A DNA stretch of 64,000 nt from an uncultured bacterium (GTDB lineage: Bacteria; Omnitrophota; Omnitrophia; Omnitrophales; Aquincolibacteriaceae): contig CAZSFZ010000003.1 of the NCBI GenBank assembly GCA_964606385.1, positions 111,615 through 175,614 of the forward strand. The letters are read 5' to 3'. The position numbers were made by a program, and so were the translations under genes. The notes below the pieces were generated by a model. That model was not told the DNA's origin and ran no database searches. It saw only the letters and a program-made list of their open reading frames with translations. Positions 19,701-31,700 of this stretch are shown here, one piece after another (within the stretch, counting starts at the first letter, position 1; each line of letters opens with the position of its first letter).

Positions 19701-22700
19701 TAAACATAATGAGAACGGCGCTCGCGGTTCTTTCCGTCCCACTCTGGCGAGGCGAAAGCGCCTTCGGTGCGAATCGTCTGCAATTTACTGTCATCAATTT
19801 TCCAGTCCTCCGGCAGTCCCAGCTCTTCGACAATCTCGTGTTTAACCGTATCCCTGTAACCTTGCCTTGTCTGAACATGGCCACCAAAAAGGGAGAGCCG
19901 CATTGGCTCGGCGATATTATGTGCCCGACGTTGGAGAAGGAACTTGCCTTCGGGGGTCATAATAAATGTGGTCGGAACCCGGTGCATCAATCCGTACCGG
20001 TGCGCGATGTTCCGGTCAATCGCCCCGATCACCGTTTCTATACCATTCTCTGACTTGATAATATCCACATCTTCGCCCTTGAGCTTCAGGCTTCCGTTCT
20101 CAATCGCCGTCAAAATATCTTGTATCTTTGCGCTATCCAGCCCGGCGGAAGGATCTTCTTTAATTTTTTCAAGTTGTTGCCGCAGTTTCGGTTGAACCCC
20201 CTTTGTTTCCGGTCGGATTGGTTCCGAAACAGTCTTTGACCGGGCGATTTCGAAAATGGTGTAAATGTGATCCTCGTCAGCTTGATGATAGAACGCGATA
20301 CTTGAAACACCGCGAGCGTTGAAATCGAGCGGCGCGAGCGAGGCTTGAAACACCTTTTCACAATCCGGATCCTGGATTTTGGTAAGATCGGTCCGACGGC
20401 GCATATAGCGTGACATGGTTCCCTGGTAGAGAAAAACAAGCGCCTTGCCATTCGGGTCAAGATGCGCGGGGAGCTCCCTCAAGAACCTGAGCGTAAGCTG
20501 TTTTGCGGCCGCGGCCCCATGCTGAAGTGGCAAGCTCGCGAGAATAAGATCGAATTTTTCATCAACCCCGACGGCTTCACCCGTGAAGGGGTCCCCATAG
20601 GCAACGCGGACTTTGTCCTGAAGACCGAGACGGCGCACATTCCATTTCGCGAGTTCAAGCGACAAATCATCGGTATCAGTCGCCGTCACCTGTCCTGAGC
20701 CTTTTTGAACCGCAAGCGCCGCAAAGATCCCCGAGCCCGTTCCGACATCGAGCGTTTTGAATCCAGTCTTGAGTTCCATCCCTCCCAAAAGCGCGGCGAA
20801 CTTATCGCTTACCCGATTTTTCGACATCAAACGCCCGCGGACGTTCATAAAACCGTCTTCTGTATAAAAAATGGGCGCACCATTCATAAAAACCGGCTTG
20901 CCGGGGAAGAGCTCGCCGGCCTTTTGCATCTGCGCTGCGGCTTGCGCCTCATCCGGATACGCCCAAGGGTCCCATGCGTCATTCGGGTTCTTTTGATTTC
21001 GTCTGACCTCCGCTTCGCTCATGACCGGCACGATTAAAACAAAAGACGGACTTTCAATAGCCAAGCTTTGCCCGTCACTGTTTTCAATGAGGCTCGCTCG
21101 GATCTTCGAAGACTCTCCTATCAGAACTCTTTCGAAAAACTGATTTTCGGTCTCCTCTGCGTTTTTTTGAGCCAGAAAAATCTCCGCGCCTATCCTTCGA
21201 GATGGCATCATCACTTCCGATTCCGAACTGTGCCGGTTAAGGTCCAGCAGCCATTTTTCAAAACTTCTCATTTTTAGGGGCTCTATGCGCCCTTCAATGA
21301 TGTCAAATCCTCCCCTCACGCCAGCCACAGAACGGTCAAAATTCAAACCAATATGGCCGAACAGGAACACATAATCCGGATTCTGCAACTTAACATCTGT
21401 CCTTATCTCAGAACGGATATTTTTTACGGCAAAGATCATGTCCATATCCTGGGAAAGATCGAATCTGCCGACATAGGATTTTCTTTCGTGCCTTGGAACA
21501 GAGAACGACTTTGCGGCCTCAAGCGCGTCGGTCACAGCTTTTGCTTTTTCATCCGCTTTCATGCCCTTCCAGACGGCGGTCGCTTCGGGTGAATAATAGT
21601 CCGGGTTATAAGCGACAAAAAGGGTCCCGCCTTCTTTTAAGGTCTCAGCGGCAGCGCGGAACAAAGAAGGAAGATCCTCGGCATACGCGGCGCCCGAGGT
21701 CATGACCACGGCATCGAAACGGCCTTTCCATTCCTCCGGGAATGCCGGCTTTTCATTCACATCTTGAACGCGATAGCTGGTTAATTTTTTGTTAAGCGCC
21801 ATTTCCTTATCATTCAAGCCGACCCCGATTACCTCGGACGCTTGCGATGCGGCAGGCACATAGGAGAATTTCCCGCTCATCAGATCGAGCACCTTCGCGC
21901 CTTCGGGAAGGAGTGTCGCCAGTTTCTGTTCGATCATTTGTCCGGGCGCCCATTCAAGATAAGGCGTTTCGTTCACGACATCTCTAAAATCACTTTGAGA
22001 TCCTTCCCGCATTTCAGAGCGAGGGCGAGGGCCAGAGCCAGATAGAAGTTCGGAGATATCGTCCGGAAACAGATTTTTCACTTTAGTGCCAGAAGCGTGC
22101 TGTGCCGAACGCCATTCGAGAAGATTGAAAGTAAGCTCGGACGATCTGGCGAGAAGCGCTTCGCGCGAAAAACTATGGGTGCCTTCCGCCGGCATGGCCG
22201 AAACGTGGGCGATCACCTGATGATGAAGGTCCCGCAATTGCTTGAACGACATCCCCGGATATCTCCGGTACTCGTCCCGCACAAGCTCAAAAAGCTGGCT
22301 CGGGACCGCAATGAACGCTCCCCCGGCCGGGAAAAAGTTCGCCCAAAAGAGCGTGTTGACCCGGAGCTTATAGATCCACGTGAAAGGCGCGATCAGGAAC
22401 ACAAGCCTGAGGAATGGGCTCATGAAGAACCATATGGAAACAGGAACAAAAGCGAACAGCGGATGCGTCGCGACCAGCGCAGTGCTCAGCGTGCTCAGGA
22501 CCGTCTTCGAGATCGCGAAGAGAGGGACCGAAAGTGACATGAGCTCCCAAAGCCGGATATAGGCTTTTTTCTGTTCCGGCGAAAACCCTGTTCGATGGAC
22601 CAAATAATTCAAAAGCCGAAGGTCCGGACTCTCGAGCATCTTTCGACGTTGTGCATCCCGCCATTTTGAAACAAAATCGGTACGAACTTCTGAGCGGTTT

Positions 22701-25700
22701 TTGGGGGTCATATCCTGCCCCGGAATGATGTCTAATCTTATGGTCTTGGTCATTTCATGCTCAAGCGGGGGTTGGTTGCTGAATTCCGTTGGATTTCCCG
22801 CCACCCCCGAAAGAATGCGCATAACATCTCGTTTGAGCTTGGTCGGGGCCTGCCGGATCTTCTCGGAGCTGATGACCTGGAGAAGCCGGAAGAATTTCGG
22901 GTTCATTTTCCCTGCGGGAAGATAGGAAACGGCAACCTCAAGGACGGGCAGCCAAATCGAAATCCGGTCTTCCTGGAGAAGCTTCTCAAGCGCCTCAAGG
23001 GCGTAATTCGTGCGGTCAACCGCTTGCCCGACCACGTTCGCGAACAGGACTTCCTGGATCACTTCTTTTCTGAGCTTCTCCAGTTCTCCGAATTCAGCGC
23101 TTTCCTGATAAAGGCGGCATGTTTCATCGACAGCGTGCTTGTAGTGATGGATGGGGTCGTCCTTCACAGGCTTTTTATCATCCGCTTTCAACAGATCCCC
23201 CAGAGAAGCAAGGATTAGTTTTAATAATTCCGAATACCGGACCATATCCTGGTCGCGGCCTTCATAAGCGACGGTTGCCGGATAAATTTCTGCCGAAAGG
23301 ACGGTCCCGTTCGTGGAGCGGTAGTCCTCGATGGTGATCCACAGGTTCCCCTCATCATCCCGAAAGACCCGGAATGAGAAATGCCTGCCTGAGGTCACAA
23401 ACTCGGAGTCGACCGTGAACAGCTCCGCAGCCTGGATCTTGTCTTCCGGAACGTGGTCCCGGGCGACCATGTAGGTTTTATTGAAATCCACTTCATACGT
23501 GTCCGCGTCTCCGCGGGAATAGATCCTGAAAGCGATCCTTCCGTCCGCAAGCGGTTCGATCTCGAATTGAACCGGACTTGTTTCGACGTGTTCCCCCACG
23601 CCGAGAATGACCCTTCCGAAGAACATTGCCGTGAAATCTTCTCCTCTTAATTGGCGGTCCTGAAGGATCATGGTCGGTTCGGAAGCGGGCGAATGCAGAT
23701 AATTCAGAACTGTTTTTTTGAGCTCCGGAGAAAGCATATCCAGAAAGTCTTTCCGCAGTTCCGGATTCATGTGTTCGACCAAAAGAAAAGCGAGGTTTTT
23801 CTGATCCTGGCTTTGCAACATGACAGAAATTGCAACAAAGTTATAAGTTTTTCCTTCCCACGCAATCGTCTGCATTTTGGGGGCGTTTTTAAGCGCCAGC
23901 GGGGTGAACCTGGCCGGTATGCCCGCACTTCTCACTTCTGAACGCTTTTCGTGGTGATCAACACGGGTCTCCGTTTGAGGATGAACGCCGAGCTTTTGGG
24001 CTTGTTCGTAGGTCCAAGCCGCGAGGCGTTTGTAATCCGTCACGCGGAACGGCCGGTCAAGATCGCCGGTCAACTGGATCATGCCCGCGTCCGCAGTCCC
24101 CTGCGTCATGGCATAAACAGTCTGGAGGTAAACATTTCTCAAATAGTGAAGATGCCCGACGCCTTGTTCAAGATAAGGCGTATTGAGAAGAACTTTCAGG
24201 ACGTAGGCCTGCGTTCCGTCCTCGGACGGCGTGCCTTTTTCCGCATCCCATCGCTGCCCGACACCCTCCATATAGCCGACTACGATGCCGTTCCGTCTCC
24301 GGTCTTCGTTCCCGTCTCCCAGTCCCTCGAACATCTTTTTAACGAATGCTTCATGGCTTCCGGCGCTCCGAATATCCGCCATCATCGCTTCGTCTTCGGC
24401 CTGATAGGCAAGTTTTTCATCTTCGATCTGGGACGCGTAGGTCCGGAACACTGCGCGGAGGATCTCGGGATCTTTCAGGATCTCGTTGGGATCCACGGTC
24501 CCTTTCGCGGGGCGCAGGGCATTCAGCCTCTTCATAAAATCTTCAAAGCCCTGATTCGTCGCATAACGAAGATGAGCATTCCGGAGGTGGGTCCCTTCGT
24601 GGATCACGACATATTTCACGATCATCTGCGGCATCTCCAACGCAAAATCTTTATTGACCTGGATCCCGCTCAGCTCTCCGGCCTTGTTGGCCTGCTGGCG
24701 AATAAAGGGATGTATTGAAAGCGGATCGATCCGGGTTTCATCGATCTTGGCATGCTCTCGGAACTCTTTGATGAGGTCTTGAATGGATTCCCGCGCGGCA
24801 GGGTCCATAACGGTCGCGGCGATCCTGTTGAAACGGCGGGCGATCCGGTCCGTATCCGATGAGGTCATTTGAAAAACAAAGAACGCCGCGATCGCGATCG
24901 TTACCGCCAAGGAAACTGCCAGGCTCGCCTTTAAGACGAAGCCCTTGCGGCTTGTCGCCGGCGGCGCGCGCGATTGAAGGCCTGAGATCTCGAATAAGGT
25001 CTTGAGCTTCGCGATAGAAACATCCGGTCCAAGCACCTCACGAACATCCTCATAAGAATGGATCCGGCCTTTCCGTAACGCCGCAACCAACTCATTGGCC
25101 TTTGCTTTTCTCTTGGCTTTATCAGAAACCACGCTTTTGAGCACTTCGAGCAGTTCGGTGAATTTCGTTTCAGCGGCCAGCAGGGTCCTTATTTCCGAGC
25201 GGCCGTTTATCGAAACATCCGTGTCGGGAACGTTTGGTTTTTTTGCGGCAAGCGCCGCGGGAGGCAGCGTAAAAAGAACGTTCAAGTCCAGGTTCGCTTT
25301 GACCCAGCGCAAAACCTCTTCAAGGTGGAAGGCGTCGATCTCATTTTCATGGACATTCGGAAAATCGATCGCCGTGCCCACCGTGGTCGAGGCCAGCTCC
25401 AAAGCCCCGGAGCGGTAGACACCCTCCGAAAAAGCCTTCTTGATCAGTTCCGCGCCGAGCGTGATCGCCCGCCCGTGCTGGTAAAAAACCTCTTCCGCGG
25501 CGTTATTCTTTTCTTTTTCGATGGGAAGCTGGGTCCGGAGCGAACGAAAAAGCTGAAAAAGGTCGGGTGACTTTTGGAGCGAGCTTTGCAGATGTTTCGC
25601 CGTCGCTTCGGCTCTTTCTGTTTTGGCCGCGATCGTAACGGGCATGCCCGGAAAGAATCGGTCGTACTTTTTTGCAAAATAACAGACTGTAAGAAATTGC

Positions 25701-28700
25701 AAAAAACGGATGTCCGTCAGGATCAAGGTCGCCAGAACTTCCGTTGAAATATTCCGGAGCTTTGCCTGGGCCTGAAGCCATTCCCAAAATGTGCCGGAAG
25801 CTTGCGAAAAAAAGATCCTTGTTAAGGGTTCCGTGGCCTGAACAGGATTCCAGAAAATGTCGGGGAGGAACGGCTCCGGCGCGTTGAACCAGGGAGACGG
25901 ATCCTCACCCGTGATCCCGATCCCGCCGGACCAATGGATCATTTTCCGCGCGTCGCTCGCGAAATTCTTGTCCGAAGGATCCGTCATCGATTCCAGGAAA
26001 AGCCTGCGCCAGTAAAGCGCCTTTTCCCCCAAAACTTCGCGCAGGAGGCTTCTCGCTCCCGAAGACGTTCTTTCAAGGAGTTCCCGTGTCCGGACGATCG
26101 AGGCCTCGAGGGCTTTTTGCCGGGCCTCGGTCTTCCACGGCTCATCAGGAATGTCCGAAGCCCGCACTTCCGAACGGCTCGCAGGATCAAGAGGTTCTCC
26201 CCGCCGGCGCCGTTTTTCACTGTCCAGGTGCCAGGCGTGCGCAAAGGCCTTCACCGCTTTCATATCAAGCCGTCCTTCTTCCGCATGCCTGACAAATTCG
26301 CCCACCGCCTTGTGAGCCGTGATCCCGTTCCGGTAAACACGTTCTACTGTCATCGCATCGAATGAATCCGCAACGGCAATGATCCTTGCTTCCACCGAGA
26401 TTTCTTTTCCGATCAGCCCGCGCGGATACCCCCTGCCGTCCATGCGTTCGTGATGAGAGAGAACGGTCTCGCGGACTTTTTCTAGGCCGGGGATCGAGGA
26501 GAGGAGATCCGCGCCTTTTCGGGAGTGTGTCTTCATGATGATCCATTCCGGGTCTGAAAGAGGATTGGGATTTTTAAGGATCTCTTCGGGGATCTCGAGC
26601 TTCCCGATATCATGCAGGAGAGCCGCTTGGGCCAATGTCAGTGAATGAGGCAGCCTCAATTCTACGGCTGTCATGACCGCAAGACGCATGACCCTCTCCA
26701 TATGACTTAAAATCTCTTCGTCCTTTTCCCGGACTTTTTCCAGAAGCTCCCGGGCCTGGGGAGGCAAAGACTCCACAACCTCCTGAACCGTCCATTGTTT
26801 ATGGGAATCGTCCGTTTCATCGGTGGCTGGCGCCAGAATATCCCTAAGAAGGGTTATTTGATAATCGTCCCGGAAATGATACCCAAGCTTAACAGCCCCG
26901 GATCGTTCCCTCTTTTCCAGATACCGATCATAGAAATCCCTGGATGCCTCACTAAAGGCTTGCCAGAAAACTTCCCGGACCCCCGCCTGGAACATCTGAC
27001 TCAAAAAGACATCCATGAGCCATGTGCCGCGTCCGCGAAGACCGTCTTTCACGGTCAGGATCCTCACAAGTTCCACTTTCTCACGGTCATCGCTCAAACG
27101 GCCATAAATACCTCCCGCGATCCTTCCTTGCGCGTCGATAAAGATCCAGGCTGGGTACCGGGTCAGATTCCTTTCCCACTTATCGGAAGAACCGCTTCGC
27201 AAAACGCCGTCCTGCTGTTTGACATGAAATGCTTCTGCCTCTAATTCACCCAGAACAGCGGCGACCTCCCGGAGTTGTCGCGCATCCAACTCCAAGGCTT
27301 TAACATTGACAATTTTCCCCAAGAGCGGGTCCGAAACCACGACCGCCGCTTCAGGAATTTCCATCTGCAACTGAAAAACGGATTTCGTTGCCGCTACTGA
27401 GATAAGCCTGTCAAGGGTGGCTACCAGAGACTGATATTGGGTGAAAACTTCACGGTGCCCGCCGAGGCCGTATTTTCCGATCACGACCCGACGCAGATTA
27501 TCCTTTTGAAATTGCGCTTCCGCGGCTACTTGCTCGGGCTCTTCGGCGGCCATCGGGATAAGAGAATCCAGTTTTTTCTCAAGCACTCCGAGAAGCCCTT
27601 TCACGATCGCGATCTTCTGCGCTTCGGAAAGATCTTTTTTGTCTTCGTCGCCTTCTGTCCGGACCTCGGAGCGGATCCGGAGATGTTCCAAAAATCTGCC
27701 TGTTAAAAGATCTTGATCCAGGGGCTGAAGTTTTTTAACCCAAGCCCGCTTGAGCGTCAGGCCTCCCTCCCAAGGGATCTTCGTTGAAAGGTCCGTAAAG
27801 ACATAGCCGAAATCCGGCATGTTCTGATCATAGACAATGCGGGCCAAGTCGGGATCCAGGGCTTTCATGTAGAGCCGTTTTTTCATGCGCTCCGCCGCGG
27901 GGCTGCCCCCCATCCACTTGAAAAGCGAGGGGATCATCGGCCGCATCAAAAAGGTCGCGAAGATCTGAACCGCGCGGAAAAACCGGGTCAGGGCATCGCT
28001 CTTCCCATAATGCTGAAGCCTCGCGATGACTCCCGGAAAGGCCCGTTCCGGCCAGCGTTCGAGGATGGTTTCGCTCCCAGGGCTGACGATCTCGGTGACG
28101 CCCGGAAGGGTCCGGGCATACGCTTCCAGGACAAGGCGCATGACTTTCCGCCAATCCTTGTACCTCGTCCGCGTGGTCTCATCTTTTTTGAGGAACGGAT
28201 AGATATCGCTTTGGACTTCCGCCACGACAAGCTGGTGGCCGCGCACATAACAGCGGGCAAAAGCAAGCGATCCCGGCACATGAATGTCCGTGAATTGCCC
28301 TTCCAGAACTTCTGAGGTATGAATGTGTTCCTTTTCCTCATCCGCCGGAAAGAACCCGATCACCTTCGGGTCTTTGGCTGTACCGTACATCCGCCGCGTT
28401 GCTTCGAAAGGAACTTCGCGCGCCTCTCCGCTGAAAAGATCCATTTTGGCTTTTCCGATCTTGAAGCGTTCCTGACCTTGCGGGATATTGATCGTCGCGT
28501 AAAAATCAACATTTCTCGTTTCGGAACGGTTAAAAAGTTTTTCCTGGTTGGCTAAATAAACCACGAGAGGAAATTCTTTGGAATCACGATAACGAAAAGT
28601 GGTCACATCCCATGTCAGGGAACCGCTCAACCGGTCCTCGAAAGTTTTCTTACGATCTTTCTTGGAGGGGTTGGGGTCTCTGAAGATCTTTCCTTTCGCG

Positions 28701-31700
28701 GCGCCTACGTACCGGAGCTGTTCTCCTTCGATTCCTGCGATGACAAAATGCATCACCTCCTGATCGCTGGGGTACATGGGGGGGGTCCGGACCACGACCA
28801 CATCCCCTGTTTTCAGGCCATCCTGTGGTATTTTATCGTATACCTCAAACTCCCCGGGGTTTTGAACCGCATATTTCATCCATTCAAAAGAGCCCTTTTC
28901 GGTAAATTCAGTAACAGAAGATTGTTCTGAAAGCGTTTTGCCAGCCTCTCCGAGGCGGGTGAGACGGACGGCTCGTTGAGGAAATTTGAAGCGAATGGTG
29001 GTTTTGTGACCGTCAAGACCCGGAGAAAGCGCTTCCATGGTACCGTCGTGGGCTTGCGTAACGATTTGGGACATAAGAACACCTATGCCGCCCCGGCTTA
29101 AGATAAAACGTCCGGATCCTTCTCGCGCGGGGCTTTTGGATACGATCTTGAAATATTCCCCGTAGAGGTCCTCGGGAACGAGAGAGGCAATGCCGATGCC
29201 GTCATCGGAAACTTCAAGATAAACATGATCTGCGTCTTGCAAAACCTTAAGATGAACCAGCCCCTCCCGGTCACCGCGGCCGTAAGCTGCCAGTCCGTTC
29301 TTGAGCGCTTCCGCGAGAAGCTCATGAGGTTCCCAGCTTTTCAAATCATGGACAATCCTCCCCCAAGTCCATTCCGGATGCCTTCCAAGCACTTCTTGAG
29401 CTCCTAGGCCGATGATATGATCGATCGGTTCAGTTGCCCATTTCAACCCCACGCGGTCCATGAAGTCCGTTAACATTTCACCTATCAATCCTTCGAGGTC
29501 CGCCTGGGTGTCCTGGAGGGTGGGCGCCGGCCTCATCGAACGGCTTTCGAAAACAACCTCTCTTGTCTCAGATCGTTTTGAGTGATGTTTTTCGCGGCTG
29601 ACCGAAGCATCCTCATAAAAAACCTCTTCGACATCCGCGATCTGCCGATGATCCTTATCCAGAATCGCCCTGAAATCCCCCCCGTTCCCGTGCACGATCC
29701 GTTCGATCTTGGCATAGATCCAAGATGCGGTTTCTGCGGCGGGCCATGCGATGCCGCTGGTATAAAAATCGTTTTCCAAGAAAAATTTTCGAAAGATCTC
29801 CTCGCCACTCCTCCGTCGGACTTCGGAACGAATTTCCTTCGCGGCGCTCATGGGCAATTGGGGCAAAAAGGGTTCGAGTTCGGCCTTCGCCGACCGGATC
29901 ACTTCTTCCTGCTGCCCAGGACGGGTGTCGAAATACCGGCTAAGACCACTTTTATAAACTTTGAACGCTTCCGGGGAAGCCGAAGCTGTGCGCAGGCCAT
30001 GGAGCATTTCCTCTTCAGTAAGCTCTTTTTCAGATCCCGGGTCCTGAATGGCCGTTTTGAAGACCGCTTCCATGAACCCCATATTGCCCGGGAAGATATC
30101 CGGACGTACCTTTGAATACGGTTTGATGTAAATCGCCGCGGGCCGGTTTTTAAAAGGCGCCCGCATGAGCAAGAGATGGGGCGTATCCAGCAACTTCAGG
30201 AAATCCGTGATCAGAGCCGCGTACTTTGCGACACCGCTCGACGAGGGCCCCTTCACGACAAACCACGCTCCTTCATCCGTTGAAAGTTCCGCAACAAAGG
30301 GCCCTCCTTCCTGGGCCGGAATGAATATGTCCTCTTCCTTGACCAGCTGATCTTCGATCCATGTGCTGTCCGAAACAAAACCGTGGGCATGTTGGGGCTT
30401 ATCTCCCATTCCGACAGCCGTCCCTCCATGGAACGCAAGCGCGACATTTCCGACCCCGAATCGTTCAAGCGCCTTCATCATGATTAAAAGGGACCGGCGG
30501 TCGACTGTTTGGTTGTGAAGCTCTCGATGATTAATGGCAAGGACGAAGTGATACGGCAAAAACGGCATATAACTGCGCAGGATGTGGACGTGAAGCCCAT
30601 CAATATTAAAATCGAGAAGCTTCTGGTGGGGATACTTGGCGGCAATTTCCTTCCAAGGCATGCCGGCGGCAGAGCGATCGACCGGTTTTGTAACAAAACC
30701 CGGAGCATTTTTGTAGAACGCTATCCACGCAACAACTTTGCGGAGAAATCCCCGGGGGCCGGGGATGGCCTCCGTTCTGACATCTTTGAGGTAGGAGAAC
30801 CCCGCGCCCCCCGCCCCCGTATAGGCTTCGGTTGCTTCGTAGCGTTTTTCAAACTCACGGAATACCGCGCTTGTAAAATGTTTGTCTTTTTCCTCTTTAC
30901 CGGCCCCGGGCAATTCGGAATGCGCTTGAGCCTGGGAAGTCTCGTCGCGCTGCGCTTTTCGAAGGGACCTGATGATCGAGGCACGTTCATCGCCGGAGAG
31001 CTCCGGGATTTTTTTATAAACATCAATAATTCGATCGAAAAGGCTTTTCGAAACCGTCTCGGTCTCAAGAGCTTCTTTGATTTCACCCATGATCGCGTCA
31101 GGAACATAGGAAAAGCCCGCGAATTCTGGAAATCCGGGACGCTCGACCGGAAAGAGGGCTGAGGGAGTACGCGATCTCGGGAAGATATAGAAGGTCCCTC
31201 CGCTCAGAATCACATTGTGCGGGATATCGGCGCTTCGGAGAACCCCGATATATTTTAATGCTTCTGCGCCCGCGGTTTGAGGGTCTTTCCCCGAAAAAAC
31301 CACGGCTCGGGCGCGATAATCGGTCAATTGCTCCACACGCACATCCAAGGGGGTCACCGCTATTTCTGTCCTGGCGGTTTGGTCCAGCCGCGAAGCTCCT
31401 CTCGAAACCGGCACAAGCATTACTGAAAAATAAAGTTGCCTGAATCGGGCGCCGGCAATCATGCTGTCAAATCCTATATAGACCCGGTACTGACCGCCTT
31501 CAGAAAGAGCGCGAACTATGGCCGCCATATATTCAAAAGCTTTTTGATTCATGACTTGAGGCAGGTTCGCGGACATATCAGCCACCACATAAAAATGATT
31601 AGGCCTGGACCCTCGTCCGGCTGTTAGAATGCGAACGCCGTTCGAAATCCCCTCGATCGAAACAGATTTCTCAAAAAGGTCGCTCCTGTCACCGTCAAGC

